Assembly: GCA_000165425.1 (NCBI GenBank)
Contig: CT868119.1
Location: 62,001 to 126,000, forward strand
Length of the DNA: 64,000 bases
Direction: 5' to 3'
Source of the DNA: Paramecium tetraurelia
Lineage: Eukaryota
The notes under the pieces are model-generated. The model worked only from the letters and a program-made list of their open reading frames with translations. It was not told the DNA's origin and did no database searches. Below, piece after piece: positions 41,565-55,646 of this stretch. Within the stretch, counting starts at the first letter, position 1, and each line of letters begins with the position of its first letter. The position numbers were made by a program, and so were the translations under genes.

Positions 41565-42094
41565 ATTAAGATAAATTACATTTTTTTAATCATAAATTAA
41601 GTTCTTCAATCCCTTCTTATAAATAGAACTTCATTTGTATAAAAATAACTGATATAAATTACTTACCTACAAAGATCATATTCCATCAAAATAATTAATT
41701 TATTAGATAAGATTCAAAAACGGATTCAAATTAATCCATTTTTATATTAGATTTCCACATCAACTAGTATTAATCTCTAAAATTTAATTGAATATAGATT
41801 ATTAAATTTTATATCTTGTTTTTTTTTAATTTGTTCATGTAATTTTACTCCATTCAAATAATAAAATTTGGATTAGGCTTAATTTAGAATTAACTTATAA
41901 CTCCCTAGTCTAGTTTCAGATCTCAACGAAATGATTAATGTTTATTTACTATCCAAACCTTTAAAATGATGAATTCGATTTATTTTTATTATATATATTA
42001 TGTTTTATTTGTATATATATATTCTATTTATATCTTAATTTCAAGTAATATCATCATAATTGCATTATATATAAAATTAAATAATTATTATTCA

Positions 42095-44450
42095 ATGGGT
42101 GGGTGCGTAGGTAAGCCATAAAAAAGAAGCAAAAAACCTTACGTTTTACCTAAAACATTAGAATAGCAATGTATAACATGTATCTGAGTTAGTTAATACT
42201 ATTGAAATTGATTTACTTTATCTGATATATTAGGACTTAGCCTCAAGAAACGTAGAAAATTTAGTCAACAAGACTGCTTTTACAGATTTCTTCACAATGA
42301 TTGGGTTGTGGGGTGAACTTGTTTTTGATTATTTTAACTAAGAGAACCATAGCCTATTAAATTTTGAGCAATTTCTTAAAGGAGTTGTCCATTATATCAA
42401 ATGTGATGAAGACTAAAAAATTTAGCATCTCTTTAAATTATATGATTTAGATAAATAAGGATTGATTCGAAAATCTGAGTTTCTTCAGATGGTAAAAATA
42501 ACAATAATAAATTAGATATAAAATTATCCAAGAGATGACTTAATAAAATTACTTGATGACCCTATGTTCTTGGAGGATCTGAAAATTCTCAAGTATTATG
42601 AGACTAAGGAGATGATTAATCAGAAAAAAAATTAACCCAAAAGAGCAGATGAATAAGAGTTTACAGAATCAGGTAATCAAAATTAACATGATATTAGTCC
42701 ACGCAATATAGCGAAAAAACTCCATGAGTGGAGAGATGCAATCTATATAAGGGGCTTAATCAGGGGAATCTGCCATTGGATCGTAAAGTAATTTACCAGC
42801 ATTCAATGAACAAAGTGTTGTTATGATGTTCCCAAATGAAAGCATGATTGGACCTACTGGAGTTCCCATGGGACAATTTGGTTAGAACATTACCTTCAAT
42901 ATTAATGGAAAATTGGTTGAATTAAAAAGAGTCAATATTAATTACTTAGTTCATAAATATGTGAATATGATCTACAAACATAAAGCTAAAAATGATTAAG
43001 GGTATATTTATATAATTTATAATTTAGTTTATCACTTGAGGATTTCAAATCTTTTGTTAAATTACATCCAAAGATTTTTGAAGGCCTTTATAAAGCTTTC
43101 AATTTTGATGTATGGGGTTTTGATACTATTGCCTCTGTTCCACGTATGATGATGACACCAAAAGATCTTGAAGGGGAGGTTAAAAAAATAACCAAAAAGA
43201 ATCCAAAAGTTAGCAATCCAAGATATTTTAAATTAATGTAGAGGTTCTGCTTATCTTTTAAGACTAAAGATTCGACTTTGCCTTCAAGTAAACAATAGTA
43301 TTGAGATTTTAGGGATCTTTTGCCTTGATGGCTTAACAATACAAGAAAAAGTAAACAACTAAGAATAACAATATGGATTTGAAGTGTCTCATAAAGATAA
43401 ACTATATTAAACCAGAACATATATGTGTTAGGATTTCGAAGATTATAAAAGGTGGACTAACAGTTTATAAATGTTTTAAAAGTATTAAATTTTTCAATCT
43501 TTTTGAGCCTCTGTGAATGACTATTATTCAATTCTTTAGAAGATTGGAGAAGGCAAATTTTCAATTGTTTATCTTTGTGAATGCAAAAAGGATAGATAAA
43601 CATTGGCTATAAAAATTATTGAAAAGTTTAAATTGTCTAAATCTGAAAAATTAATGCTTGCGTAATTTTAGTTTTTAGTTATAGTCATGAGGTAGAAATC
43701 ATGAAATTGCTTAATCATTCTTGTATTGTTCGTTTCCATGAAATTATAGAAACAAAAACACATTTAAATATCATTACTGAGGTTGTAAGGGATGGAGATC
43801 TATTTGATTACATTATTAAAAATGAAAATATTAATGAGCAAGAGGCATCCTTAATTATGAGTTAACTTTTTGATACTCTAAATTATATTCATAGTGTTGG
43901 CATTGTTCATAGAGATTTAAAACCAGAAAATATTATGATTGTTTTGGATGCTACAAAAAAAAATGTTAAGTAGGTCAAAATTATTGATTTTGGCTTTGCT
44001 AATTTTTTAACAAACATTTAAACTAAAGAAGGAGAAGCCCTTTGTGGGACTACTAATTATCTTGCACCTGAAAGTTTGGAATAAAAAAAAATAGACTTTA
44101 AAGTTGATAATTTTGCTTTGGGTGTTATCCTATATTTTCTACTTTCAGGTACTTAAAATATTAACGTAAAATAGGTTACTTACCATTTGATTCAGAATTT
44201 CCAGAGGATATTATTAAAAATATTATTGAATGCAAATATGATCTGCAAGAAGAGTTTTGGTAATAGATTTCAGATGATGCAAGAGATTTAATAAAGAAAC
44301 TATTGATGAAAGAGCCAGATGAAAGAATCTCTATGTAATCGGCTTTGGAGCATCCATGGATTAAAGTATTAATTTAAAATTATATAGAATCGAAATCAAT
44401 TACCAACTAAAAAGGCTTAGAGAGTTAAAAATAGATTAGGGTTGTTTTGA
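42095..44450 (+). CDS. CDPK7-like kinase: N-acylation motif, EF-hands, PH domain, C-terminal CAMK kinase
   Basis: MGGCVGK; FKLYDLDKQGLIRKSEF; PH-like YGFEVSH...YKRWTNSL; GEGKFS, HRDLKPEN, DFG, CGTTNYLAPE. Confidence 0.88.
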
Positions 44451-44849
44451 TTGATGATTTGAAACAAAATGTTTATATGATATAATTATATATTTCATTG
44501 AGTATTAAACTTATGGAAATATTCTCTTACTTAAATTCTAATTGTTCTTTATAATTATAACATATAGGATTTAAAATGTGAGTTAATACATTTTAATATA
44601 CTTATCAATCATTTTTAATATCATCTTTAAATACTTTTAATTAATTTAAATAGAAACATGAATACTATTTAAGAAATTTTACCTTCTTATGACATGTATC
44701 ACCTCCCAATCTAATTTTTATTAAGATCTGGGGGTGGTATTATGAATATTTATAGGATTACTAAAGGTTGATAATAATTTCATAATAAAAGAATATTTAA
44801 ATGTAATATATTTTCATAAGAGACTATGAGAGCTTTTATTAGTCCACCC

Positions 44850-45299
44850 CTTAGGCTCAAATTCTAGATCTTTTGATAAGGTTTTTGATTATTGTTGTAA
44901 TTTTAATTAAGTGATGGTTTTCTTTTGACATGAATTTTTATATCTCTCTGAATACCTTTTGGATTAGAAATCTTTTGAAAGGTCTTTCAGAAATGCCGTT
45001 TTCTCTTCATATTTTAACTTATATGGTAGAAGACTTCTTATGGCTATATTTTTTTTTTTATTCCAGATATAATAGTTCTCTGGAATCTCACAACTGTATA
45101 TTATAGGCAACTTACACACAAAATTTTAATTTCTCCTTTCTAAACTCAAGCTGATTTATTATATTTTTTCAACATTATTTATTTCACATAGTGAGGAAAA
45201 TGGCTGGTTTTCATTTTACTATTTTTCTGGTTAAGTCTTCACTTTGTTTGATGGGTAGCCCGATATTTTTATTTTAGATTGAGGAAATTTGTACGCCAT
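44850..45299 (-). other. Short hypothetical gene or decayed gene fragment
   Basis: ATG at 45299, MAYKFPQSKIK..., a clear 22-nt intron, then ambiguous frame and an early TGA. Confidence 0.35.
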
Positions 45300-45699
45300 T
45301 ATATTCCCATCATAATGATAATTTCTAATATTTATTTACATTAGAATTTGAATAATAATGATAATTAAGTATACTCATAGAAACGATTATTTAATTATCA
45401 ATTTCGAAGAAAGATATGAACCTCTAGTAGAATATATGTAGATCACACTTTAAGTAAAAATTTTGTAGAATACTATAAAATAAATAATTGAAATGATTAT
45501 TCTATTATTAAAAAAGATATAAATATTTAATTTCTTTTAAGGATAATATTATAAAATCATTATAGAACATCTTAAATTGCATTTATCAAGAAATGGTGAA
45601 GTATACTTATGTATTAGAATAAACAGGTAAAGATTTATAAATTACCAATATAAATATTTGAGAAAAGTAAAGAATTTAGTATTTATTTAGAATAAAATC

Positions 45700-46229
45700 A
45701 GGTTAAAATATTAAATCTTACTGATTTTCTTTTGATTCTATTAAATTGTTTTATGATATTTCTAGTCTCGAGAAATTAGGCTTCAATATCTTGTGCTTCC
45801 TAATAAATTAATCATTCATACTGTTTTCTTAAGCTAAACTCTAAAGTCAGTGCTTTTGACTCTTTTATTCACTTCATTTTAAACTTTAATTGGTGTTGAA
45901 TGAATTTTCTTATTTATTGAGATTTCTTAAGGGCTTGGGGTAATATTGTTTTATTTTGAACGAATCTAAGATTTATTATAGTTAGTTGGGAATATGATAG
46001 GTTTCCAGGATTATAATGAATCCCTTTGGATTTCCTTAAATTTCTTTCTAATCTCAAGATCATTAACAACTTTAGGAATAGATTATGTATGCGATCTTTT
46101 AAGCCAATCATAATTATGATTTTGTTTTAAATTGAATATTGTAGATTGCTATTCTTCCAAGAATTTGATTTTTTCAACGATGAGCGAGAGATCAAATAAG
46201 GAATTAAGATTTTATTTTGATTTATTCAT
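45700..46229 (-). CDS. Hypothetical protein (3' end uncertain)
   Basis: MNKSKQNLNSLFDLSLIVEKIKFLEE... with a 22-nt GTA..TAG intron. Confidence 0.55.
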
Positions 46230-46335
46230 AATATAAATTTCTATTAATAATTTTTTATAATTTGGATGCAAATTTTTGGAACTTTTTGTATTCAAATTTC
46301 TAATTCATTGTACATTTAATATTATAAAACAATAG

Positions 46336-47328
46336 ATGAAATCAACTGGAGAAAAGTATTAGAAATAACTAAATTAAAGATCTCCAGAAAAGATATTGTC
46401 AAAGAGAAATAATAATGGTTAATTGTAATACTTAATAAAATGGAAGAATCATGAGGAGCCAACTTGGGAATTTGAAGAATATATTCGAAATTAAATTTAA
46501 AATTTACTAACTAGTGAATTAGAATAAAAAACTCATTAAAATGAAAAATAAGTTGAGCCATTAAAAAATTTATAAAGAACTGTTCAACAGTCTTTTAAAC
46601 ATCCCAATTGTTCAGAGGAGCTACTTTTTAATAAACAGAGGGAGATGACCTAAAAATATTGTAATGCATATCCATAATCTGGAGATGAAATAGATAGTGT
46701 TCAATTGATTTTGACATAAGAGGACTGCATATTTGAAATAAAATGGAAATCTAGGTCTGATGGATTATAACCTATATCTGATTTTTATCAATATGATTAA
46801 TTCAAAGTAGTTGCTCCAATGCTATTCATGGATTTTTTAGAGATTTGTATTTTAGGATTTGAGAAGAATTCAGATATATAGTTTATAGCACCTGGCAAAG
46901 ACAATATAGAACGATCTTAGTTGATAAAAAGAATCTTATTGTAGAATTCAAAATATGTGGATACTAATAAAAATTAATTAGAAGAAGTTAAAGTAGACGA
47001 ATAAACTACTTAAGTTAAGAAAAAGAATGTTACATCAAAGAAAAACACTAAAATAACATTTATGCAGTCAGACTAAAAATAGAAATAGCTAATTTAACCA
47101 TAAAGCAGTACAGAACTATAATAGTAGAATCAAGAATAATAACAGAATGAAAATTAATCTTAATAAAACAATAATTAGAGGGATGAAAAATTATTGGAAG
47201 ATAAATAACCTGAATAATAATAGGTAGAATAAAAAGAGTAGAATGTGGTGGATTAGAATTAAAATTAAAACTATGAAGAGTAGATCGAGTAGGAATCAAT
47301 ATCTTTAGAATAATAATAAGAAGAATGA
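46336..47328 (+). CDS. HP1-like protein: chromodomain, chromoshadow-like domain, Q/E-rich tail (330 aa, intronless)
   Basis: PEKILSKRNNNGQLQYLIKWKNHEEPTWE; FEIKWKSRSDGLQP...FKVVAPMLFMDFLE. Confidence 0.82.
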
Positions 47329-47366
47329 TTATTTAAGTATGGACTTTATTTAAGATATTATATAAG

Positions 47367-48388
47367 TCATAATATTATTCTTTATTTGACTTCTGTTTCC
47401 ATGATTTCTAGCAACTTAATTTCAAGAGTTTGATTTCTCTTTAATAACTATTCGATTTGAGTTTTTAATCTTTTGATTTCTTCAACCTTAGATTAGAGAT
47501 CTTTATCTTTTCTCTGATAAGCAATAACTAAATATAAAATAGGGAAGTACTTGATTATTCAAATTTCCATTTGAGATCTGAGTAATCTTGTTGTTTGACA
47601 ACATTATCTGAGTAGTTGATTTGCTTAAAGGATTAGATCAATTCTTCTAACTCTTAAATTTTTTATCGTTATTGATTATACAACAATTCATAAGGTTAGA
47701 ATGAGTTTCTTTATTATTAAACTTCTTATTGCAATGATACAAAATGTTGTTCTTTGCTTAACAATTTGAGTTGTAATTTTTCATTCTCTGATTTAAGAAT
47801 GTCTCTTTAACTAGTGATGGATTTATTTTAGGATTCAAGATTGGCAATCATTTATTCTAGATTTTAGATGGTAGTTTTTTCGCATTTTTTGTGTAAGAGT
47901 TCATTTTGTAATTTTTCGTTGCTTGATTAAAGTGAAATAATCTGTTATCTCAACTCATGGTTAGGATTGCAGTTTTCTTTATCGAAAGTTGATGTCTTGA
48001 GCATGGTTATTATTACATCAATTGAGGATTCAAGGGTTTTATCGTATTTTAGTTTAATTTAACTTAATTAGTAAATGGCTTTGGAAATGTTGTCGATGGG
48101 CATTTAAGATGGTTATTTGATATGGACAGACTCTCTTTGGATCTAACAAGATTCTCGTGCTACTGAAGGCTGTGTTTTTGTTGTAATCAATTAGGGAATG
48201 CCTCTAGCACTGTTTCTAGTGATGTTTTGGCTGGCTCGATTGGTTTTGGGCATAACAATGTCTCGGATGGGAGAAATCTAATCATTTAGGGTCCTGTTAT
48301 AATATTAAATGCAATGATACATTCTAGAGGTTAATTGTTGAGGGCTGGTGGGAGGTTTATAGAGATATTAAATTTGATGAGTATTCAT
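47367..48388 (-). CDS. Coiled-coil hypothetical protein
   Basis: Code-6 ORF with short introns; heptad-rich C-terminal half. Confidence 0.7.
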
Positions 48389-48452
48389 TTTACTGTTAAA
48401 ATTAATAATTTAAGATTAACATAAAAAAGAGGTGTTATTTGTATAATTATTG

Positions 48453-48951
48453 TCATCCTTAAGTCTCTCTTAAGACTACTTTAGCAAGTTTTTTGAGTTC
48501 AAGGAAATAACTAATATAAAATTAAAGCGTTTACCTACTATTGGTAGGATGATTATGATTTTTAATTGCTCTCTGCAATTCTGTGATCTTATTCAGTGGC
48601 AATATATCTTGCAATTGTTTTTTTGGATATAATATACTTCATAGTAGTTATTTGTTACTTTTAAGTCGGTTTACTAAGGTCTAGACTGGATCTCTGAAAT
48701 GATAATCTACCAGGGGATTTGTGTGCTTGGGGAGATGAATTCTGAGATTTGTGAAGTGGGTTGTTTTTTGGTGATTTGGGAGATATGCTTGATCTCAGGA
48801 TTTATTAGAGTTATTCTAGATTGGATGTTTTGGGTTAGTACAGTATATGTTTGGGTTAATCAAATTTGCTGTTAATTTTGCCACGCACTTCCTTACGAAA
48901 GTCATCCAACTCATAAGTTGGAGTGTTTGCTATAAATGATCCAGAATGCAT
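48453..48951 (-). CDS. Small SP-rich hypothetical protein
   Basis: MHSGSFIANTPTYELDDFRKEVRGK...YFLELKKLAKVVLRETQG* after 22- and 24-nt introns. Confidence 0.65.
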
Positions 48952-48961
48952 AAAATTATTA

Positions 48962-50309
48962 ATGAAAAAATTACCTAGTAGTTATTTGGAGCCCAAAATA
49001 TTTGATAACAAATACATAATCAAGTAAAATTTGAGTTCTGGGTCTTTTGGAGTTGTTTATTTGGCTATTCATAAAGTCACACGTGAAGAAGTGGCTGTTA
49101 AATTGGAAAAAGGAGAATAAGAAACATTAGATAGAGAAGTTTACTTGCTAACTAAATTGTAAGGCATTTAAGGAATCACCAAACTTTACTGGTTTGGAAG
49201 TGAGCAAAACTATAATGTTATGGTCATCGAAATCCTAGGTAAGGATTTAGGTTATTATCTTAAACAATACAAGCAATTATCATTGAAAACTGGTTTACAA
49301 TTATTAGAATAGCTCATTACCATTTTTAGTTTTGTGCACAACAAAGGAATTGTTCATAGAGATCTAAAGCCTGAAAATATAATGATGGGCAAAACCAATA
49401 CAACACAGGCATATTTAGTTGACTTTGGAGTTTCTAAATAGATTTTTGATTAAGGAAAACATATGTACATAACTATTCATTCAAAATAGCCCTTTTCGAG
49501 ACAACAAGTCATTCATTGGAACGACTCGATATGCATCAATTGCAGCTCACAAAGGATATGAAATAGGAAGAAAAGACGACTTAGAATCCCTTATGTATGT
49601 TATCATATATCTAATTTTGGGGTATATATAGCTATTTAATTTCGCTAGCAAATTACCTTGGCAAAATCTGTAGAATATTGGAGATAAAGACAGAACAATT
49701 GTTGTTGGAGAAGTGAAGATGCAAACATCAATCTAGTCACTCTGTAAAGATTTGCCTTCGCCTTTCTCTGAATATCTGAAGTAAAGTGATCCTCTTAATT
49801 AGTTATTTAAAAGGGCTAGATTATTAAGACTAGCCTGATTATGAATTACTAAAGAAAATTATGAGGCAATGTTCTGATGCAAATACTTATGATAATTAAT
49901 TCGAATGGACAGATAAAGTACCAGAGAAACTTGGTGAAGTTAAATAGTAAAGCTCATTCTTAGCTGTCCCAAATGGATTAAATGATTAGAATAGATAAAA
50001 CACAAAAAAATAATCTTATATGGGTACTGATTCCATATGATTCTAGGTTCTCAATCTTCTAATATTGTTAAATATATACCTTCCAACCAAGACGCTCTTT
50101 AAATAAAAAATCAACCCTAAAAAATTATAACCAGTCAACCTCATATTGAAGTGTTGAAACAACTAGACACTGTTGATTTTGATGATATCGAAGAAAACAT
50201 GTAAAATTATCCTACTCTAGAACAAAAGTTGCTGAGATTGCAAAGATTTGACGCAAAATTTAAGGAAGATTGCGTATCTAAATCTGCAATTCATGTTTTT
50301 GATCATTGA
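48962..50309 (+). CDS. Casein kinase 1 family kinase
   Basis: SGSFGVVY, VAVKLE, HRDLKPENI, DFG, FIGTTRYASIAAH, RKDDLES, LPWQ, PDY. Confidence 0.93.
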
Positions 50310-51001
50310 AATCAAATTAATTTATTTTACTTAATTAATTAATTTGGATAATCAATTAAATTATTATTAATTCTTCCTAACTCAATTTTTTATTTTATAA
50401 TTTTATATATTTCCTCTTAAATACTATTATACGTATTCTGCTCTATTTAGTTATCTTCATACTCATCAAATTTTCAGTAGGTTTTAATTTGGATACGACT
50501 ATGAATAGAGTTGGGTGAATTATGATAATGTAATACTTTAAAAATTATACAATTAGTCTAAACCTAACTTTAATTGGCTGGATGTAACTATTTCAAATTT
50601 GAAGCAAATATTTTCTTACAATAAAATAGGATAATTTTGAGGATTATTCTAGACGTCATAGATTTAAATATTTTTGAATGATATAATTATGTTAAAAATA
50701 CTTTTGAAGTCAATCTGATCTCAAATTTACATAAGTTCTCAACCTCACCTATGTCCTTCTCCAGAATTGAGTTTTAAATCAAATGCAAGTATTATTAATT
50801 TTTTTAAAAATTATCTTCTTAATTCAATCTTTTCACCCAAATTCATTCTATTTAATTAGATTAGATTAAAAATAGAATAACTTATTCAAATTTTAACCTT
50901 ATGAGCTAAAATTATATACAAAATAATTTAATAAATCATATATAAAGTTTCTGAAAAAAAACTCAATCAATATTCAAACTTAATAATTATTTTTAACTGA
51001 A

Positions 51002-52401
51002 ATGTTTCAATAATCAGAAGCAACTCTGGGATATAATAGAAATTAAACAGAAAATTAGCCAGATTCTCAAAGAGATTCCTCTGTTCAATAAAATGTAGAC
51101 ATCTAATTATATTTAGCCACTTTAATAGGTTTTAACAGATGAATAAAAATCAATTGGAATCCTCAACCCTTATGTTTTCACATCATATAATATGCCAAAA
51201 GTATAGCAAACTTTCATATTAATTTTAGATCAATTGCTATAATCATTTTGGTCAAACCATCACTAATTTTTGCAAAACTCAAGAATGCAGATTACCATTA
51301 TGCCCAGAATGTGTAAAAGAGCATGTGAATGAACATTCTGAGTTTAAGACATATCCTAAATTGGAATGCTTGGAAAACATATTGACTTAAGTTCACTCAG
51401 ATATTTGCTAATAAGGTAATACTTTCTCTAATTGTCTTAAGCCAATTAAATTACTCATGCATAATATGGTATTGAAAAATCTGTTGCTCAAGCATATGCT
51501 TAAACTACTTTCACTGTTGAGAAACTTAAAGAAGCTAAGAAAAGAATTCTAAATGTTATTGAGTAATACTTTGACACTCTAGAGAATGAATTGGAAAATA
51601 AATAAAAGAAAAACTATGAAAATTTCAAAAGAGATGCAGATGCACTTCTGAAAGCCTTAAAAGCCAGAAATGGAGCATATCTTAATTTTTTAGATAAACT
51701 CTAACAACCAGAATGCATGTATTCTCTACTACCATATCTTGCATCTCCAAGTTAAGAGGATAACTAATAATACCTTTAAATCGCTAATAAATTTACTAGC
51801 AGATTCAAAGAAGTTCAATCTGAAATTACTTTTGACTCCTTCAAATCGTATTAATTTATACTAATTTTTTAGAGCTTAATTAAGTTCGCGCTTATCAGAA
51901 ATCGTTGGTGTCATCCATTAAGATCTTACGGAATATTTAGACATCCATAAGCTAGCCCCGCCAGAAATTGTGAAGAGCAAAGCTTTAACACTGAAATCCC
52001 AAAATAATCAAATATAAAAAAAGGCATCATCTCCACAGCAACGTTAGAGAAATTTGAGCAAAACATATTAATTATAAGAAAATAAGGATAAAGAGATTAT
52101 CAAAGTTAATCCTAATTAAAACTAGATTGAATAGACTGTTCGATATTAATAGATTAACCCTTAGTCTATTCAAATTCAATAGTATTAATCTCCTTCAAAT
52201 TTCAACTCCTTGAATCAGAACTATCCTTAATAGTTTACTTAGTAATAGCCTCAATATTACTCCAATCAGCCTCAATATTCAGCTTAACTTCCTTACAATC
52301 AATAAAGATATTAGTAACAGGTCCCATATCAATAATACTTATAGTATGATCAGAATGCCTAATATTAAAATACAATTAATCCTATTTAGAAATATTATTG
52401 A
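51002..52401 (+). CDS. B-box zinc-finger plus coiled-coil protein with Q/Y/P-rich tail
   Basis: CYNHFGQTITNFCKTQECRLPLCPECVKEH; several short introns. Confidence 0.8.
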
Positions 52402-52790
52402 ATGTATTAATGTATTTGATCCTAACTAGTATATAATAAGTATTTAATAAAATTTCCTAAATCCTATTATTATATCAATTCGAAATTTCTGAATTTTGAT
52501 ATGATCTATTATTTATTAGACAGAACCATTAGTAAAATGATTCTTAACATCTCTTTCTTTAGGTAATTCTTATCATAAACATTATTGGCTCACCTATTTA
52601 GGTTTATGTATATTTAAAACACAAAAAATTATAATGATATAAATACTTTCTACATTATAAATCCAATAATTTGAATGTTTAAGAAGAGAATAGGAATAAA
52701 AGCTATTTTTTAAATAAAAAATAATCATGATAATTTTATTAAACCATTACATAGCAAAAAAATAAAAATTTGTTAAATTAACAATTAAAA

Positions 52791-54912
52791 ATGTCTTAAG
52801 ACTTAAAGAAATATTAAGTCTATGAAGAAGATTAGATATAAATGAGTATTAATGAATAATCCAATCAAATCGAACAGACTAAGAAAAAATTATTTACAAA
52901 ATTTGAAAATGATAATTAGAATGATTTAAACTGTACAGTTTAAAAATTTTAAGCAACTTAATAATAAAAAAGCCTAAATATACCTTAAAAATAAAGGAAT
53001 TCATCTTATCAGGGAATAAATGACGATTTCTATGACAAACTTCTAAATAATAAGTAAACAGTGTAATTTGATAATCATGTTGAAAAATTATAAAAAAGTC
53101 AATAGTTCAGAAGAAGTAATTAATATAAATCGCTTAGCAATAGATATACAAGCTCAGAAGGTGGTTATAAATATGATTAGATGAGATAAGCAAATCTTTT
53201 GGAAGATAATCAAATTGATTCAATTAATAAATATGAATATTACGATTCAAAATATGAAGAATTTGGAAATGCATAAACTAATGTCTTATAATATTATCAA
53301 AGGCAAAAATTGAATGAAGTGTACAGAAAGCGGTAGGATTAATTGTCCTGTTCATTTTATTCTAAAAACTCTAAAAAACTCCTCATTAAAACAAATTAAA
53401 CTATCTACTAAGGATAAATCAAAGAGGAATAGGATCACAATGATTCAAGTGACACGAATCAATCAAGAATCTCTAAGAATATTTCTGAATCAGATTAAAA
53501 AGACCAACAATTTAAATATGAGGACATATAGAGTATAAGGATATCAAAAATGTCTGACCTTAGTGATTAAATAAAGAACGACTTATATTTAGAAGATGGT
53601 TAAGGGACTGAAAATAGTTTGGGATCTGATTTTCACTATTTTGATAGCAATAAAAGTTCCCTTAATCAAACTCCATAAAGGAAATCCCTTAGAGATATAA
53701 AATTCAATAAAAGTTAAGTTCCTAGTCTCAAGATTTAATAATAAGAAAATGAAACATATTTTTCATAGGCATCAAGTCCCTAGCAAAAAAATCAAGATAA
53801 TAATTAATTGAAAAAATAACTATTAACAATTTCGATTGAAGGTTCAGGTTCAGGTTTCTAATCTAATTTAATATCACCTATAGTAGGCTATCATGATAAT
53901 GGATTACATAAAAATACGATGTCCTTTGGAAGATAATAGGGGTGCAACAGTTATTAAAAATCCTTAAAAAAGAATATCCCTTATTGCATCAGTCCTTTTG
54001 ACTGTAATACTCCAATTAATGAAGAATCTAAAATTTTTAATGATCTTATAAAATGGGATTTTGCAAAAAACAAATAAATTGAAAAAGAGTAGGCTAGGAT
54101 AAGAGACTTAAAAACCTAATCTGTGAAGAAGTAGTAGAACTATGAGTATGAAAAAAAAATTAAGGAGCTTGAACAAGAGCTAAAATTGAAAGAAGAACAA
54201 ATGTAATTAAAGGATGATATATTAAGTGAATAACTAGAAAAAATTTAATACTATAACCAAAGAATAAGTCTAATTCCAAATGAAGATGATTGGAATTCTG
54301 ATTTTCATAATATAAGGGAATTTATTGATGATTATAAAAGCAATTTATATTAATTGATATCTAATAAGAATTCAAATATATCTTTTATTAATTTGATGAA
54401 GTAAAAGTTTTAGGAATAATATAAGGATAACTTCAATTAATTCAGTAGCAATAATTCAACTTAGACAAATTAATAAACATCTGAAGAATAACCCAATTCG
54501 CAAAATTATAAGTATTTAGAAACATTAAATTTTATCACCTATTTTCGAAAATATAATACTCTTACAATAAAAATCTTTAGCATTTGGATTTGAATTTGGT
54601 CATGCTGTCCCAGAACTCTTTTAAAAACTATTTTCCCTTAGTAAAAGAGAGAAATTTAGAAATAGATTACTTGATATGAATGAATGTGTAAAATATGAAA
54701 TACAAGAGTTAAATAATTTTTTAAAGAATCAGAATAAAAACTAAAGTATAAATGAATTGAAAGAGACACTTGAATCAGAAATTATCATATAAAAATACAT
54801 TTAATAAACAATTTACAATATATCTAATCTATTCAAAGAAAGAATATTGTAAATACAGGAAGGACACAAACAAATGTAAGAGTAATTAAAAAAAAATACT
54901 CTATGTAATTGA
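52791..54912 (+). CDS. Large low-complexity / coiled-coil hypothetical protein
   Basis: Long code-6 ORF; frame restored by a 25-nt intron near 54401-54425. Confidence 0.65.
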
Positions 54913-55241
54913 TTATTTAAAACTAATTTATAGAATGTATTACTAATTGCTAAATATATTCATAGTCATAGTAACTATTATTATATTGTTAAGTTTCTAC
55001 TAAGATTAAGTTATTATAAAATAATTCAATCTATTATAAAATGCCAATTTATAATATTGTTTAGGACATATTTCAATACTCATTCGTAACTTGATGATTA
55101 ATTTCATGCAAATTATTATGGTTTGACTTACAATAAGTAAACTTATACAATTACTTTGTATAGAAGTTGCGTAATTAAGTATATTAATAAATTTATTTTT
55201 CTTATAAGTTATTTTAATAAGATTGATATTTAAAATATGCA

Positions 55242-55646
55242 TCATGATTTGAACACAAGACAAGCCAAATTGCCATTATAAAACATAAATAGTCTTGTAT
55301 TGTTTTATACTGTTACATCGTAAGCATATCCTTCACCTTAAATTGATTACAATTATGAATTACCTATAATAACTTGCCAAGTTGGACCATACTTCTTTTC
55401 AAGTGCTTCTTTAATTGTTTTGCAAGCATTCTTTAATATAAATGAATAATTAGAATACTTCAATTGATAAAACTGGAGATGAGTTGTTTTCAATTCCTGA
55501 AACTATCGAGTCTTAAACCTCTGAAAGCATATCTGGGCTCATATCTGTATCCTTTATTTAACAGCGATTATTACTTTGATAATAGCTGTTCCAAGCATTT
55601 CCTTTTTCAATTAAGCAAGGTCTTAAGTTTCTTTCTTTTCTTCCAT
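55242..55646 (-). CDS. DNAL4: Axonemal dynein light chain, LC8 family (DNAL4/LC10-like)
   Basis: DTDMSPDM...ACKTIKEALEKKYGPTWQVIIGEGYAYDVT...FMFYNGNLACLVFKS*; three introns. Confidence 0.88.

Noticed and set aside
54400..54600. Apparent frameshift in the 52.8-54.9 kb gene
   Set aside because: Resolved by a plausible 25-nt GTAAAAG...ATAAG intron.
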